From: Candidatus Latescibacterota bacterium
GTDB lineage: Bacteria > Latescibacterota > UBA2968
Direction of reading: 5' to 3'
Length of the DNA stretch: 64,000 bases
Assembly (NCBI GenBank): GCA_965204375.1
Contig: OZ241986.1
Location: 2,464,001-2,528,000, forward strand
Shown here: piece after piece, positions 30,832 to 40,651 of the stretch
Position numbering within the stretch: position 1 is the stretch's first letter
Layout: each line of letters starts with the position of its first letter
Position numbers and translations under genes: made by a program
Notes under the pieces: model-generated
Seen by the model: the letters and a program-made list of their open reading frames with translations, nothing else
The model's database searches: none
What the model was told of the DNA's origin: nothing

Positions 30832-30867
30832 AATTTTTAGAAATGTTTGCGGATTTTTTGGAGTACA

Positions 30868-30896
30868 AACGTAAATTCGAGGATTGGAAAAGTCAA
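30868..30896 (-). promoter_or_regulatory. Putative sigma70 promoter of lptD
   Basis: TTGACT-17nt-TACGTT on the minus strand. Confidence 0.45.
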
Positions 30897-30982
30897 CAGG
30901 GGTTCCACGACGGAACCACTGGATTAATGCTTGGCTTCCTATCCTCTATAAAGAAGAAAATACCTCAATGGTTCCGTTTTTA

Positions 30983-31011
30983 TTGATATATTTCAGCGGA
31001 ACCTGTATCTT
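30983..31011 (+). promoter_or_regulatory. Putative sigma70 promoter of tRNA-Leu
   Basis: TTGATA-17nt-TATCTT about 20 nt before the tRNA. Confidence 0.45.
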
Positions 31012-31030
31012 TACTTTTCGCGGCAAATAT

Positions 31031-31117
31031 GCGGACGTGGTGGAATTGGCAGACACGCCAGATTTAGGATCTGGTGGGGTAAAACCCGTGGGGGTTCGAG
31101 TCCCCCCGTCCGCACCA
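31031..31117 (+). tRNA. tRNA-Leu (anticodon TAG)
   Basis: GCGGACG/CGTCCGC acceptor stem, D-arm TGGTGGAATTGGCAGAC, anticodon arm CCAGA-TTTAGGA-TCTGG, long variable arm, GGTTCGAGTCC, encoded CCA. Confidence 0.97.
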
Positions 31118-31167
31118 AAGAACAATCAGACGATGCGAGGCCCCACTCCTTGAATCGCTGGCGCGAA

Positions 31168-31195
31168 AACTCCCTTTGGGGAGCTTTTTTATTTA
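31168..31195 (+). terminator. Intrinsic terminator after the tRNA
   Basis: CTCCC-TTTG-GGGAG followed by CTTTTTTATTT. Confidence 0.6.
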
Positions 31196-31242
31196 TTTAA
31201 CAGATCCGATAACAATAAAAACAATGTGAAAGCGAGGAATTT

Positions 31243-32514
31243 GTGGCAGCATTTTTGAATCACGATCAAGTAAGAGCAATTCGAGCGGAATTTGGCACCC
31301 CGGTTTATGTTTACGACCAGCGTACGCTGGAAGCACAGGCCAAGGCAGTGTTAAACTTCCCCAATGCCTTTGGACTTACTGCGCGCTATGCGATGAAAGC
31401 ATTGCCCAACAGCACCGTAATTCGCATCTTAACGCAAAAGGGATTGCACATCGACGCCAGCAGTGGATATGAAGCCGAGCGCGCCATGCGGGCCGGTGTG
31501 CCTGGCCATCACATCATGCTTACGGCACAGCAGATACCAAAAAATTTGAAATACTTGATCGATCGTGGTGTGATTTTTAATGCGTGTTCCCTGAATCAGT
31601 TACAAACATTTGGTGAGCTTTTTCCAGGGCACCCCCTCTCCGTGCGTATCAATCCCGGCATGGGATCTGGGCACAGCAAGCGCACCAATGTGGGGGGACC
31701 TGCGGCGAGTTTTGGAATCTGGCATGAATATATCTCCGATATCCATAAAATTTGTAAACAGCGCGATTTGACAATAACGACCATGCACACGCATATCGGA
31801 TCGGGCAGCGATCCCGAAGTGTGGGAGCGAGTCGCGTTGATGTCATTGAAAATTTGCGTTGGATTTGAAAACACCACCACATTGAGCCTGGGGGGTGGGT
31901 ACAAGATTGGGCGCATACCGGGCGAAGTATCGACGGATTTGCAGGTAATCGGACAACATGTGGCCGAAGCCTTTGAAATGACTGCGAGACAAACCGGACG
32001 GCCGTTGCGTTTGGAAGTGGAACCCGGCACATATCTGGTCGCAAATGCCGGCGCAATCGTTGCAACGGCGATTGATGTGGTAGATACCGGGAAAGACGGG
32101 TACAAATTTATCAAAACCGATACCGGAATGACCGAAGTGATTCGCCCGAGTATGTACGGGGCACAACACCCCATTGAAACCGTACCTGCCCAGGCGGAGA
32201 AACGCGGATTTGACGAATATATTGTGGTGGGACATTGTTGTGAAAGCGGCGATGTGCTAACCCCTGCGCCCGACGATCCCGAAGGACTACTACCCCGGCT
32301 ATTGACAAAAACAAAAGTGGGAGACGCAGTGGTCATTGGTGGAGCGGGTGCGTATTGTGCGGGCATGTCGTCTAAAAATTACAATTCCTTTCCCGAAGCA
32401 GCCGAAGTATTATTGGACAGAGACCGCGCATTGCACTTAATTCGGAAACGCCAGACACTGGATCAGGTCCTGGAAAATGAAATTGTACCGAATTTTTTGA
32501 CCACTAAGAGCTAA
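31243..32514 (+). CDS. lysA: Diaminopimelate decarboxylase
   Basis: FGTPVYVYD, YAMKA, HTHIGS, EPGTYLV, HCCESGD, GAYC. Confidence 0.9.
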   Translation: MAAFLNHDQVRAIRAEFGTPVYVYDQRTLEAQAKAVLNFPNAFGLTARYAMKALPNSTVIRILTQKGLHIDASSGYEAERAMRAGVPGHHIMLTAQQIPKNLKYLIDRGVIFNACSLNQLQTFGELFPGHPLSVRINPGMGSGHSKRTNVGGPAASFGIWHEYISDIHKICKQRDLTITTMHTHIGSGSDPEVWERVALMSLKICVGFENTTTLSLGGGYKIGRIPGEVSTDLQVIGQHVAEAFEMTARQTGRPLRLEVEPGTYLVANAGAIVATAIDVVDTGKDGYKFIKTDTGMTEVIRPSMYGAQHPIETVPAQAEKRGFDEYIVVGHCCESGDVLTPAPDDPEGLLPRLLTKTKVGDAVVIGGAGAYCAGMSSKNYNSFPEAAEVLLDRDRALHLIRKRQTLDQVLENEIVPNFLTTKS

Positions 32515-32517
32515 TCT

Positions 32518-33657
32518 ATGACTTATGACGCAATTGTATTGGGTGCAGGAATCAATGGATGCGGCATTGCTCGTGAACTCGCCGAACGCGGACAACGGGT
32601 GCTGGTACTGGACAAAGGCGCGATTGGCGGGGGCACATCGTCCAAATCGTCGCGATTGGTCCACGGTGGATTGCGCTATTTGGAAACGCGGCAATTTGGG
32701 ATGGTACGAGAGGCTTTGAGTGATCGTCTGGAACTTTTGGGACGCTATCCCGAACTGGTCTCAATGCGACCGTTTTATTTGCCGATTTATCGCAAGAGCC
32801 CGCGTCCCGTCTGGAGGTTGTGGACGGGTATCAAGCTCTACGACGCACTGGCTGGACGGCACAATATCTATCGGTCACGTAAAGTCCCTCGAAAGCGATT
32901 TGTCCGCGAATTTCCCGCATTAAAGCGAGAAGGAATTCGGGCAGTACTACGCTATTACGACGGCAAGACAAACGATCTCGCACTCACAAAGCGCGTAGCA
33001 GAAGACGCACAAGAACTGGGATGCGTATTTCGCGAAGGGATAGACGTTCAACACGTGGCCTGGGAGGAAACTGGATTTGCCCTGTTGGTCGGAGAAAAAA
33101 AATATCGCAGTCACATCCTGATCAATGCAACGGGACCGTGGATTGATGAAGTCATAGCGCGCTATCAGTTCCCCTCGCGCTTTCAGATTCGCAAAGTGAG
33201 CGGCATTCACATTTTTGTAGATAAACTGCTCACACCCCACCCCATGTTTTTACAAACCGAAGGTAAACGCATCTTTTTTCTCATACCCGAACCGGAACGC
33301 GACCAGACAATAATTGGCACAACCGAGCGCGAAGAGCGAGGACGAGTAGATGACGTCGTGATTCAGGAGGAAGATATCGATTATTTAATTCGGGCAGCAA
33401 ATGCGTACCTGACTCCAAACCACCAACTTCAGCGCGCGGATATCACAGATGCCATTGTGGGCGTTCGTCCCCTCGTAGAAAAAAAAGGCGACGCAACCGC
33501 GCTCTCGCGGGAATATGAACTGGACTTGCACACGCGTGGACAAACCCAATTGCTCAATATATTCGGCGGAAAACTGACGACGTACTTATCGCTATCGCGT
33601 CGCGTCGCCAAAACACTCGGCATCAAAGAAATCGCATCGATGGCACTACGCGCTTAA
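32518..33657 (+). CDS. FAD-dependent glycerol-3-phosphate dehydrogenase-like protein (short form)
   Basis: GAGING, GTSSKSSRLVHGGLRYLE, NATGPW, IGTTE, GVRPL, GGKLTTY. Confidence 0.8.
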   Translation: MTYDAIVLGAGINGCGIARELAERGQRVLVLDKGAIGGGTSSKSSRLVHGGLRYLETRQFGMVREALSDRLELLGRYPELVSMRPFYLPIYRKSPRPVWRLWTGIKLYDALAGRHNIYRSRKVPRKRFVREFPALKREGIRAVLRYYDGKTNDLALTKRVAEDAQELGCVFREGIDVQHVAWEETGFALLVGEKKYRSHILINATGPWIDEVIARYQFPSRFQIRKVSGIHIFVDKLLTPHPMFLQTEGKRIFFLIPEPERDQTIIGTTEREERGRVDDVVIQEEDIDYLIRAANAYLTPNHQLQRADITDAIVGVRPLVEKKGDATALSREYELDLHTRGQTQLLNIFGGKLTTYLSLSRRVAKTLGIKEIASMALRA

Positions 33658-33670
33658 CCGGAGAAAATAG

Positions 33671-35083
33671 ATGCTCAAAAAATTAGACAACTTCAAAGCA
33701 GCAGTTATGCCCAAGCGCAAATCGGGCTTCTGGCAAATGGCGGGACCGGGTGCCATCCTGGTCGGACTATCCATAGGAGCGGGCGAAATCATTGTGTGGC
33801 CTCTTGTCGTCGCTGAATACGGCGCGAGCATGATCTGGGCTGCGGTACTCGGTGTGTTTTTGCAAATGTGGATCAACTTTGAGGTCGGACGATGGACAAT
33901 CGCCACAGGTGAGACAGTATATACGGGATTTGCGCGCGTGTGGCGAGGCTTTGCACCCCTGTTTATTTTCATCACATTATTCTCCTGGATCGCCCCGGGA
34001 TGGGGACGCGCTTCGGGATTAGCCCTCAAAGCACTTCTGGTCGGTCCCCATGGTTGGGGGTCGGACACATTTTGGACCGTGATTACATTTATCGGTGTCG
34101 CACTAATATTGTTTGGTCCCAAGCTCATTTACAATTCAATGGAAAAAGCCGTTGAACTGATGGTGGCGATTGTCACCATAGGATTAATTATGGTGGCTTT
34201 TGCCGTGGGCACGGCAGAAACGTGGATCGACCTGGGAAAAGGAATCGCGAATATCGGTTACAAAGATCCGAATATGTCGGTAAAAGCGCTATTCATCGCG
34301 ATCGTATTTGCTGGTGCCGGGGGAACGGCAAATTTGTTTTACACCTTTTATCTGCGCGACAAACACATTGGCATGGGCGCACATGTGCCAATCATGCAAA
34401 ATCCATTGCGGGGCCGTGCAGAAGCCATACCATCTACCGGATTTGTATTTGAAGAAACAGAAGAAAACGCAACGCGGTACAAGGCGTGGTGGAATTATAT
34501 AAAAAAAGATCAGATGTTATTTTTCTGGGGATTAAACTCCATTACAATGATGCTGTTCATCTTTGGATCGCTCGCAGTTCTGCATCCCCAGGGCATCGTG
34601 CCCGCGCAAGGCACACTGATCTGGGATGAAGCCGCTATTCTGGGCGAAATTTGGGGCGACATAGGCCGCGTGATTTTTCTCCTGGTAGGGCTGGCAACGC
34701 TATTTGGCACACAACTCGCCCTCGTAGATGGGGTCGCGCGGTCAATCGCAGACATTGTATATACCAATTTTAAGGGCGCGCAAAAACGAGAACTGAACTG
34801 GTGGTATCTTCTCGTCGCGGGAATATGGATTGTGGCCGGATGTGTGATCACTTTTGTGATGGAACAATACGGTGTAAGCGAATTGGGCTTTCTATTTAAT
34901 GCGGCTTATATGGGCGGATTTGCCATGGCGATTTACGTACCGCTGATGTTGTACATCAATTATCGATACTTGCCAAAAACCGCCCGACCTGGCAAAGGAT
35001 GCACCGCGATGATGGTAATTGCATCGCTGGTCTATGTGGTATTTGCCATAGCCTGTATTCTATGGGAATTGGGAATTGTATAG
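33671..35083 (+). CDS. Nramp-like (YcsG-type) membrane transporter
   Basis: GPGAIL..SIGAGE, RWTIATGE, about 11 TM helices. Confidence 0.7.
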   Translation: MLKKLDNFKAAVMPKRKSGFWQMAGPGAILVGLSIGAGEIIVWPLVVAEYGASMIWAAVLGVFLQMWINFEVGRWTIATGETVYTGFARVWRGFAPLFIFITLFSWIAPGWGRASGLALKALLVGPHGWGSDTFWTVITFIGVALILFGPKLIYNSMEKAVELMVAIVTIGLIMVAFAVGTAETWIDLGKGIANIGYKDPNMSVKALFIAIVFAGAGGTANLFYTFYLRDKHIGMGAHVPIMQNPLRGRAEAIPSTGFVFEETEENATRYKAWWNYIKKDQMLFFWGLNSITMMLFIFGSLAVLHPQGIVPAQGTLIWDEAAILGEIWGDIGRVIFLLVGLATLFGTQLALVDGVARSIADIVYTNFKGAQKRELNWWYLLVAGIWIVAGCVITFVMEQYGVSELGFLFNAAYMGGFAMAIYVPLMLYINYRYLPKTARPGKGCTAMMVIASLVYVVFAIACILWELGIV

Positions 35084-35092
35084 GAGACCTTT

Positions 35093-36244
35093 ATGCCCAG
35101 AGAGCCAGAAGCATCGTGGGAAAATGGGATTCGCAGCGTGCGCCGCGATGAAATGGGGCGTTTGTGTCAGCTACTCGACAACGTATTTTTCGAGGGGCTG
35201 TCAGATATGCAACCACACGCCTTCAATGACGATAATATGCACAATTTGCGCGTAGTCGTGGAAAACGGTGAAGTCGTATCGCACATCGGCACAATTCGGC
35301 GAAACATATCCATTATGGGATGCACACTCCGCGTAGCGTCTCTGGGAGGGGTAGCGACTTGCGAAGCCCATCGGAGCAAGGGCCATGCCACGGCACTCTT
35401 GCGAGATACCATGCGCCACTGTCGCAAAGATGGCGTGGATTATATCCTGGTGTCGGGATATCGCAACATGTATCACCGATATGGATGTCGATATGTAGGG
35501 CGAGACTGGATCTATCACATCTCGCGTGAGAGAGCAACCGATTTTGACGATACTACCTGGACGATATCACAGGCATCAAAAGCAGATGTCGAAACAATTG
35601 GAGCCATTTACCGGCGCGAACCCGTACGCTGGTTGCGCCCGCCTTCGGATATCGCCTTTGGCATAGATGGATGGGTGCAGAACCGCCCGGCAAAAACCTA
35701 CCTGATCCATCGGGATGATCAACCCGTTGCTTTTGGGGTCATACAACAGGCGCGCGAGCGAGATGATGGACAAGTGTACTTGCTCGATTACGCAGGTGAG
35801 CGGTCTGCAATCGTCGGCGCATTGGGCAAATTTATCGACAATCAGCATTTGAATCGGCTGTCTTTGCACGTCAAAAGATTCGACAAAGTATTGCGCGGCC
35901 TGCTTGAAGCCCGCGATTTGACAGGTGAGCCAGCCAATCTGCCCGGCACGACGATGATCATTCATTTTGAACAGTTGCTCGAAAAAATGCGCCCCTATTT
36001 TGTCGAGCGCGTCGGAGAACACGCTGCCCAGGGGTTGGTATTTCGGGAATCAGGTGATGAATATCACATCTACTACGGCGGCGACCGCGTGGTGGCCGAA
36101 AGCCGAGGTGCAGCAGCACAGCTAATTTTTGGTACACTGGAAGGAACTGAGAACGCGATGTTAGATGCAGGCGGACGCGCCGGTGATATCTTGCGCGCCT
36201 GCTTGCCGATCCCTGGGGTTTGGTACGGGGTGAATCATCTCTGA
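35093..36244 (+). CDS. Eis-like GNAT acetyltransferase
   Basis: LGGVATCEAHRSKGHAT acetyl-CoA motif, MYHRYG; tandem-GNAT length. Confidence 0.75.
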   Translation: MPREPEASWENGIRSVRRDEMGRLCQLLDNVFFEGLSDMQPHAFNDDNMHNLRVVVENGEVVSHIGTIRRNISIMGCTLRVASLGGVATCEAHRSKGHATALLRDTMRHCRKDGVDYILVSGYRNMYHRYGCRYVGRDWIYHISRERATDFDDTTWTISQASKADVETIGAIYRREPVRWLRPPSDIAFGIDGWVQNRPAKTYLIHRDDQPVAFGVIQQARERDDGQVYLLDYAGERSAIVGALGKFIDNQHLNRLSLHVKRFDKVLRGLLEARDLTGEPANLPGTTMIIHFEQLLEKMRPYFVERVGEHAAQGLVFRESGDEYHIYYGGDRVVAESRGAAAQLIFGTLEGTENAMLDAGGRAGDILRACLPIPGVWYGVNHL

Positions 36245-36357
36245 GTTCGCCAAATAACTGCTCCGCATCTCAAACTCTATTTTATCTTGCTATCTGATAT
36301 TGTGTGCCTTATACTTACGGTGCATATCGGATTCTCACAAACAGTAAGGATATTTTC

Positions 36358-36765
36358 ATGACAGCTCCAGATGGTGATTCCGCAGATATACTCTATGAGC
36401 AAGTCCTCGATAATGCGCGTCGAGAAATTGAAGATGCATTGACTATAATAGACGAATTGCGCCAATCAATCCGTCAGGTGGAAGCTCGAGTTGAAGCCGC
36501 TCAATCGATTTATAACGCCGTTACCGCGAGATTGAATCTGGAAGATGAACTGGCCGAAGAAGAAATACACCTGGACACCTTACCACCTGTTGAGCTACCT
36601 GAAGTAACGCCGGAACCGTTGCCGCCATCCGAACCACCCGAACCGAAAGAACCCGCGGCGGACGATGAGGCAGAATCCCCATCTGAACAAGATGACGATC
36701 CAATGCTCTCTGAGGCTGAGCGTGCGCTTATCAGTGAACATCTGCTATCAAAGCGCAGAGGATAA
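36358..36765 (+). CDS. Hypothetical acidic coiled-coil/Pro-rich protein
   Basis: AAGGA RBS before ATG 36358; heptad pattern then a PPxEP-rich tail; followed by hairpin AGAACAGGG...CCCTGTTCT (36791-36827). Confidence 0.55.
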   Translation: MTAPDGDSADILYEQVLDNARREIEDALTIIDELRQSIRQVEARVEAAQSIYNAVTARLNLEDELAEEEIHLDTLPPVELPEVTPEPLPPSEPPEPKEPAADDEAESPSEQDDDPMLSEAERALISEHLLSKRRG

Positions 36766-36884
36766 GCTCCTACATATTTATCAGGTTAATAGAACAGGGC
36801 TTCGCATCTTGCAGCATTCCCTGTTCTTTGTATTTTAGGGGAAGGCTTCTATAAAATGCAAACACACCAATCGAAGGAATTTTT

Positions 36885-38327
36885 ATGAGCATGTGTGACA
36901 CGGAGAAATCCGTTGACGAGATGGACGCCCGGGAACGGGCACGCTATATTGACGATCTGACGCCCAGAGGTGGTTTATATACCGAAGTACAGCGCGAGGT
37001 ACATCCCCAGTCGAACAGCTCGTGGCGCGTATCGCCCGACCCTTGGTGGCTACCGCCTCCGGTCCTATCACACCTTGAGGCATTGGGACAGCATCTCTAT
37101 CAGTTTTACAAAGCACTGAATCTATTGTATTCGCAAAGTATAAGGGGCATTCAACCCGCATGGATTGCGCGGTATCTGGACCAGGGCAAATCGGAAGAAG
37201 TGATCAAATTCGGGCAAATGAGCCGATTCAAAAGCCATGTGCCCCTCGTGATTCGGCCCGATGTGATACCCACGCGAGCGGGAATGATTGCGACGGAATT
37301 GGATTCCGTGCCCGGTGGGATCGGATTTACGGCGAGCCTCGCCGAACGATATGCCACACTCGGCGATCAAATTGTGGGCGGTACGAACGGGATGGTCACT
37401 GGATTTGCACAGATGATCCGCGACGTTGCCGGCACAGACGCGCCTGTTTTGGGCATAGTGGTCTCGGAAGAAGCATCGGCTTATCGGCCCGAAATGTCGT
37501 ATTTGGGCGACCGATTGAATGCCATTGGTCTGGAAACTTATGTCATTGGACCCGAAGAAGTATCTTTTGTCGAAGATGGACTATTTGTCAACAGGGCACA
37601 TGGTCGCCAGCGCATAGACGTGATATACAGGTTTTTTGAATTATTCGATTTGCGAAACCTGCCCCAAATCGATTTAATTTTCTACGCGGTACGCAAAGGC
37701 CTCGTCAAGCTCACACCCCCCTTAAAAGCGTATCACGAAGAAAAATTGATGATGGCACTGTTTCACCATCCCCTGTTATCAAATTTTTGGCATCAACATC
37801 TGGGCAAAAAAACCGTGGCCTTTTTGCGGCAAACCTTTCCCAAAACGTGGATCTTAGACCCCGCGCCTTTGCCACCCCATGGCGTTATTGCGGGATTGGA
37901 AATCGGTGGGCAATCCTTTTCCGATTGGCGTGCGCTGGGGCATCTGGGGCAAAAACATCGGCAACTGGTCATCAAACCCTCGGGATATTCTGAAATGGCC
38001 TGGGGCAGTCGCGGTGTAACCATTGGACACGACATGGCCGAGCGAGATTGGCAAGGCGTGATCGACGAGGCACTATGCGCTTTTGAGCAAACGCCCCATA
38101 TCATGCAGGAATTTCACAATGGCGCGACTTTTTCTGCGTCGTATTACGATTACGAAACCGATCAAATCGAAACATTCAGAGGACGGGTGCGATTGCAACC
38201 CTATTATTTTGTCATAAAAAACAAAGCAGTACTTTCGGGCTTACAGGCAACGGTCTGTCCAGCAGACAAAAAAATATTACACGGAATGGTAGATGCAGTG
38301 GTGGTACCTGGCGCGATTAAAAAGTGA
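36885..38327 (+). CDS. Putative circularly permuted ATP-grasp / glutathionylspermidine-synthase-like ligase
   Basis: IRPDVI...ATELDSVPGGIG, IDVIYRFFE, LVIKPSG, IMQEF pattern. Confidence 0.55.
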   Translation: MSMCDTEKSVDEMDARERARYIDDLTPRGGLYTEVQREVHPQSNSSWRVSPDPWWLPPPVLSHLEALGQHLYQFYKALNLLYSQSIRGIQPAWIARYLDQGKSEEVIKFGQMSRFKSHVPLVIRPDVIPTRAGMIATELDSVPGGIGFTASLAERYATLGDQIVGGTNGMVTGFAQMIRDVAGTDAPVLGIVVSEEASAYRPEMSYLGDRLNAIGLETYVIGPEEVSFVEDGLFVNRAHGRQRIDVIYRFFELFDLRNLPQIDLIFYAVRKGLVKLTPPLKAYHEEKLMMALFHHPLLSNFWHQHLGKKTVAFLRQTFPKTWILDPAPLPPHGVIAGLEIGGQSFSDWRALGHLGQKHRQLVIKPSGYSEMAWGSRGVTIGHDMAERDWQGVIDEALCAFEQTPHIMQEFHNGATFSASYYDYETDQIETFRGRVRLQPYYFVIKNKAVLSGLQATVCPADKKILHGMVDAVVVPGAIKK

Positions 38328-38333
38328 GCGAGG

Positions 38334-39173
38334 GTGAAAAACATGACACTTGATAAAAAACTCACACGGCTGAATGATTTGCTCAAAGACATGGGCAGTG
38401 TGGTCGTGGCATTTTCGGGCGGGGTTGACAGCGCGTTTTTGGCCGCGGCAGCACATCGGATTCTGGGCGACCGTGCGCTGGCTGTTACCGCAGTCTCCGC
38501 GAGTTATGCTGCTGGTGAACTCGAAAAGGCTCAAGCACTGGCCGAACAAATTGGCATCCGACTCGACATTGTCTATACCCGGGAGATGGATAATCCCGAC
38601 TACGTAAAAAACGATCCCGATCGGTGTTTTCACTGCAAAAGCGCGCTGGCCGATAAGCTGGACGAAGTAATCAAACACTATACAGGACAATTCGAGTATC
38701 TGCTTTATGGCGCAATAGCCGACGATGTAGGCGACTATCGCCCGGGTATGGCTGCCGCTGAATCTCGAGGTATTCGCGCGCCGATGGTCGAATTGGGATT
38801 CACCAAAGACGATGTCAGAACATTGTCAAAGCGATGGCAACTGCCCACCTGGGACATGCCCGCATCGGCGTGTTTGTCTTCTCGAATCCCTTACGGCACA
38901 GCCGTCACAGAGGAAGCATTGCGCAAAATTGATCGCGCCGAACAATTTTTGAAAGCGCGCGGATTTGTGCAAGTGCGCGTTAGGCACCACGAAGATATTG
39001 CCCGAATAGAAGTTCCACCTGAAGATCTGGTGCGTTTTTTTCAGGATGGTACAAACGAGGCTGTGGCCCAAGCACTGAAAAATATCGGGTATCGCTATGT
39101 AACCCTGGATCTTCAGGGCTATCGCACGGGCAGTTTGAATGAAGCATTATTAGGGATAGAGGTTGGAGACTAA
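38334..39173 (+). CDS. larE: ATP-dependent sulfur transferase LarE family
   Basis: SGGVDS PP-loop, RCFHCK, DYRPG, ACLSSRIPYG, RVRHH, DLQGYRTGSLN. Confidence 0.9.
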   Translation: MKNMTLDKKLTRLNDLLKDMGSVVVAFSGGVDSAFLAAAAHRILGDRALAVTAVSASYAAGELEKAQALAEQIGIRLDIVYTREMDNPDYVKNDPDRCFHCKSALADKLDEVIKHYTGQFEYLLYGAIADDVGDYRPGMAAAESRGIRAPMVELGFTKDDVRTLSKRWQLPTWDMPASACLSSRIPYGTAVTEEALRKIDRAEQFLKARGFVQVRVRHHEDIARIEVPPEDLVRFFQDGTNEAVAQALKNIGYRYVTLDLQGYRTGSLNEALLGIEVGD

Positions 39174-39234
39174 GACGAAACCCGCCCAACCACCCAAAGT
39201 TGTTACAAACTCCGTCGTTGATTCGTTTATAAAT

Positions 39235-39771
39235 ATGGCCTTACTCGAAATAAAAAAATTTGGTTGCCCAACGCTGCGAAAAAAAGCGACGCCTATCCGC
39301 GATATAACCGATGATGTGCGGCAACTTGTTGAGGACATGTTCGAAACAATGTACGAGGCCGAAGGGGTTGGCCTCGCGGCGCAACAGGTGGGTTTTACCG
39401 GGCGACTTCTGGTAATGGATGTTCGCCCGCGCGACCCCATGTCGGAACCTCTGGTATTCATCAACCCGGAAATTTTATGGGAAGAGGGCGAATGTATTGG
39501 CGAAGAAGGCTGTCTGAGCCTGCCGGAAATTGTCGGAGATGTCAAACGTCCGGCACAGGTGCGGGTGCGCGCGGTCAACGAAAATGGAAGTGCATTTGAG
39601 ATGACACTGGATGGCATTGCCGCCAAAGCTCTTCAGCACGAAATTGACCACCTAAATGGCGTATTAATCCTCGAACATTTCAACGCGATCAAGCGCAATT
39701 TGTTGCGCGGTCAATTGCGCAAACTACAGCGCGAAGGCAAAACACAGGCATCGGGATTGACGTACGTATAG
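39235..39771 (+). CDS. def: Peptide deformylase
   Basis: GVGLAA, EGCLS, QHEIDHLNG. Confidence 0.97.
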   Translation: MALLEIKKFGCPTLRKKATPIRDITDDVRQLVEDMFETMYEAEGVGLAAQQVGFTGRLLVMDVRPRDPMSEPLVFINPEILWEEGECIGEEGCLSLPEIVGDVKRPAQVRVRAVNENGSAFEMTLDGIAAKALQHEIDHLNGVLILEHFNAIKRNLLRGQLRKLQREGKTQASGLTYV

Positions 39772-39790
39772 TAATGTCCACTGGTTTTCT

Positions 39791-40612
39791 ATGGCATCTT
39801 ATATTGATTTGCACCTGCATTCGACGCAATCGGATGGTTCCTTCTCTCCAACGCAGGTTGCTCAGCGAGCAGCCGAATTGGGATTATCGGCCATCAGTCT
39901 GACGGATCACGATTCGGTTGCTGGCGTGCAAGAGGCTCAGAATGTCGGTCAGAACATCGGTGTGGAAGTAATTCCCGGCATCGAATTGAGCGCACAGGAA
40001 GCCAGCATAGACATCCACATCCTGGGCTATTTTATCGACCCTGCAAATTCGGATTTACTGGCGTATTTGCAAAAATTTCAAGATGCACGGCACAATCGCG
40101 CTGAAAAAATAGTAGCTCGCCTCAATCGCCTGGGCGTGCGGATCACGATGGCGCATGTGTTACACAAAGCGGGTGATGCCACTATCGGACGCCCCCATGT
40201 GGCGGATGTGCTGGTCGAAGAGGGATTTGTGTTTTCACACGATCACGCATTCCAAAAATATCTGGGATATGGCAAACCCGCGTACCAACCCAAATATGTA
40301 TTGACGCCGCGCGAAGCGGTAGAAGTCATTCACGCGGCTGGTGGATTGGCCAGTCTGGCACACCCCGTTTTGTACCGCCGCGATGCTCTCATTCCCAACC
40401 TGATCAAACAGGGATTGGACGGTATAGAAGTGACGCATGTCAAACACGCCCACACAGATGTGCGTCGCTATTCAGATATGGCAAAACACTATGGCCTGCT
40501 CTCAACTGGCGGATCAGATTGCCACGGTGATGGTCGCGGTCAAGCCGTAATGGGAACCGTTCGGGTTCCTTCGGCATTTTTGGATGCAATGAAAGAAAAA
40601 TTGGCGCAGTAG
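39791..40612 (+). CDS. PHP-domain phosphoesterase (TrpH/YciV-like)
   Basis: DLHLHS, SLTDHD, HILGY, GRPH, LAHP, GGSDCHG. Confidence 0.9.
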   Translation: MASYIDLHLHSTQSDGSFSPTQVAQRAAELGLSAISLTDHDSVAGVQEAQNVGQNIGVEVIPGIELSAQEASIDIHILGYFIDPANSDLLAYLQKFQDARHNRAEKIVARLNRLGVRITMAHVLHKAGDATIGRPHVADVLVEEGFVFSHDHAFQKYLGYGKPAYQPKYVLTPREAVEVIHAAGGLASLAHPVLYRRDALIPNLIKQGLDGIEVTHVKHAHTDVRRYSDMAKHYGLLSTGGSDCHGDGRGQAVMGTVRVPSAFLDAMKEKLAQ

Positions 40613-40651
40613 AGGCGGCGTCTTTTGCCTGCCCAATCCGTATTTTTAGAT

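Noticed and set aside
31031-31117. tRNA-Leu as the integration site of the island
   Set aside because: No duplicated tRNA 3' end or integrase seen, and lptD lies between the tRNA and the island
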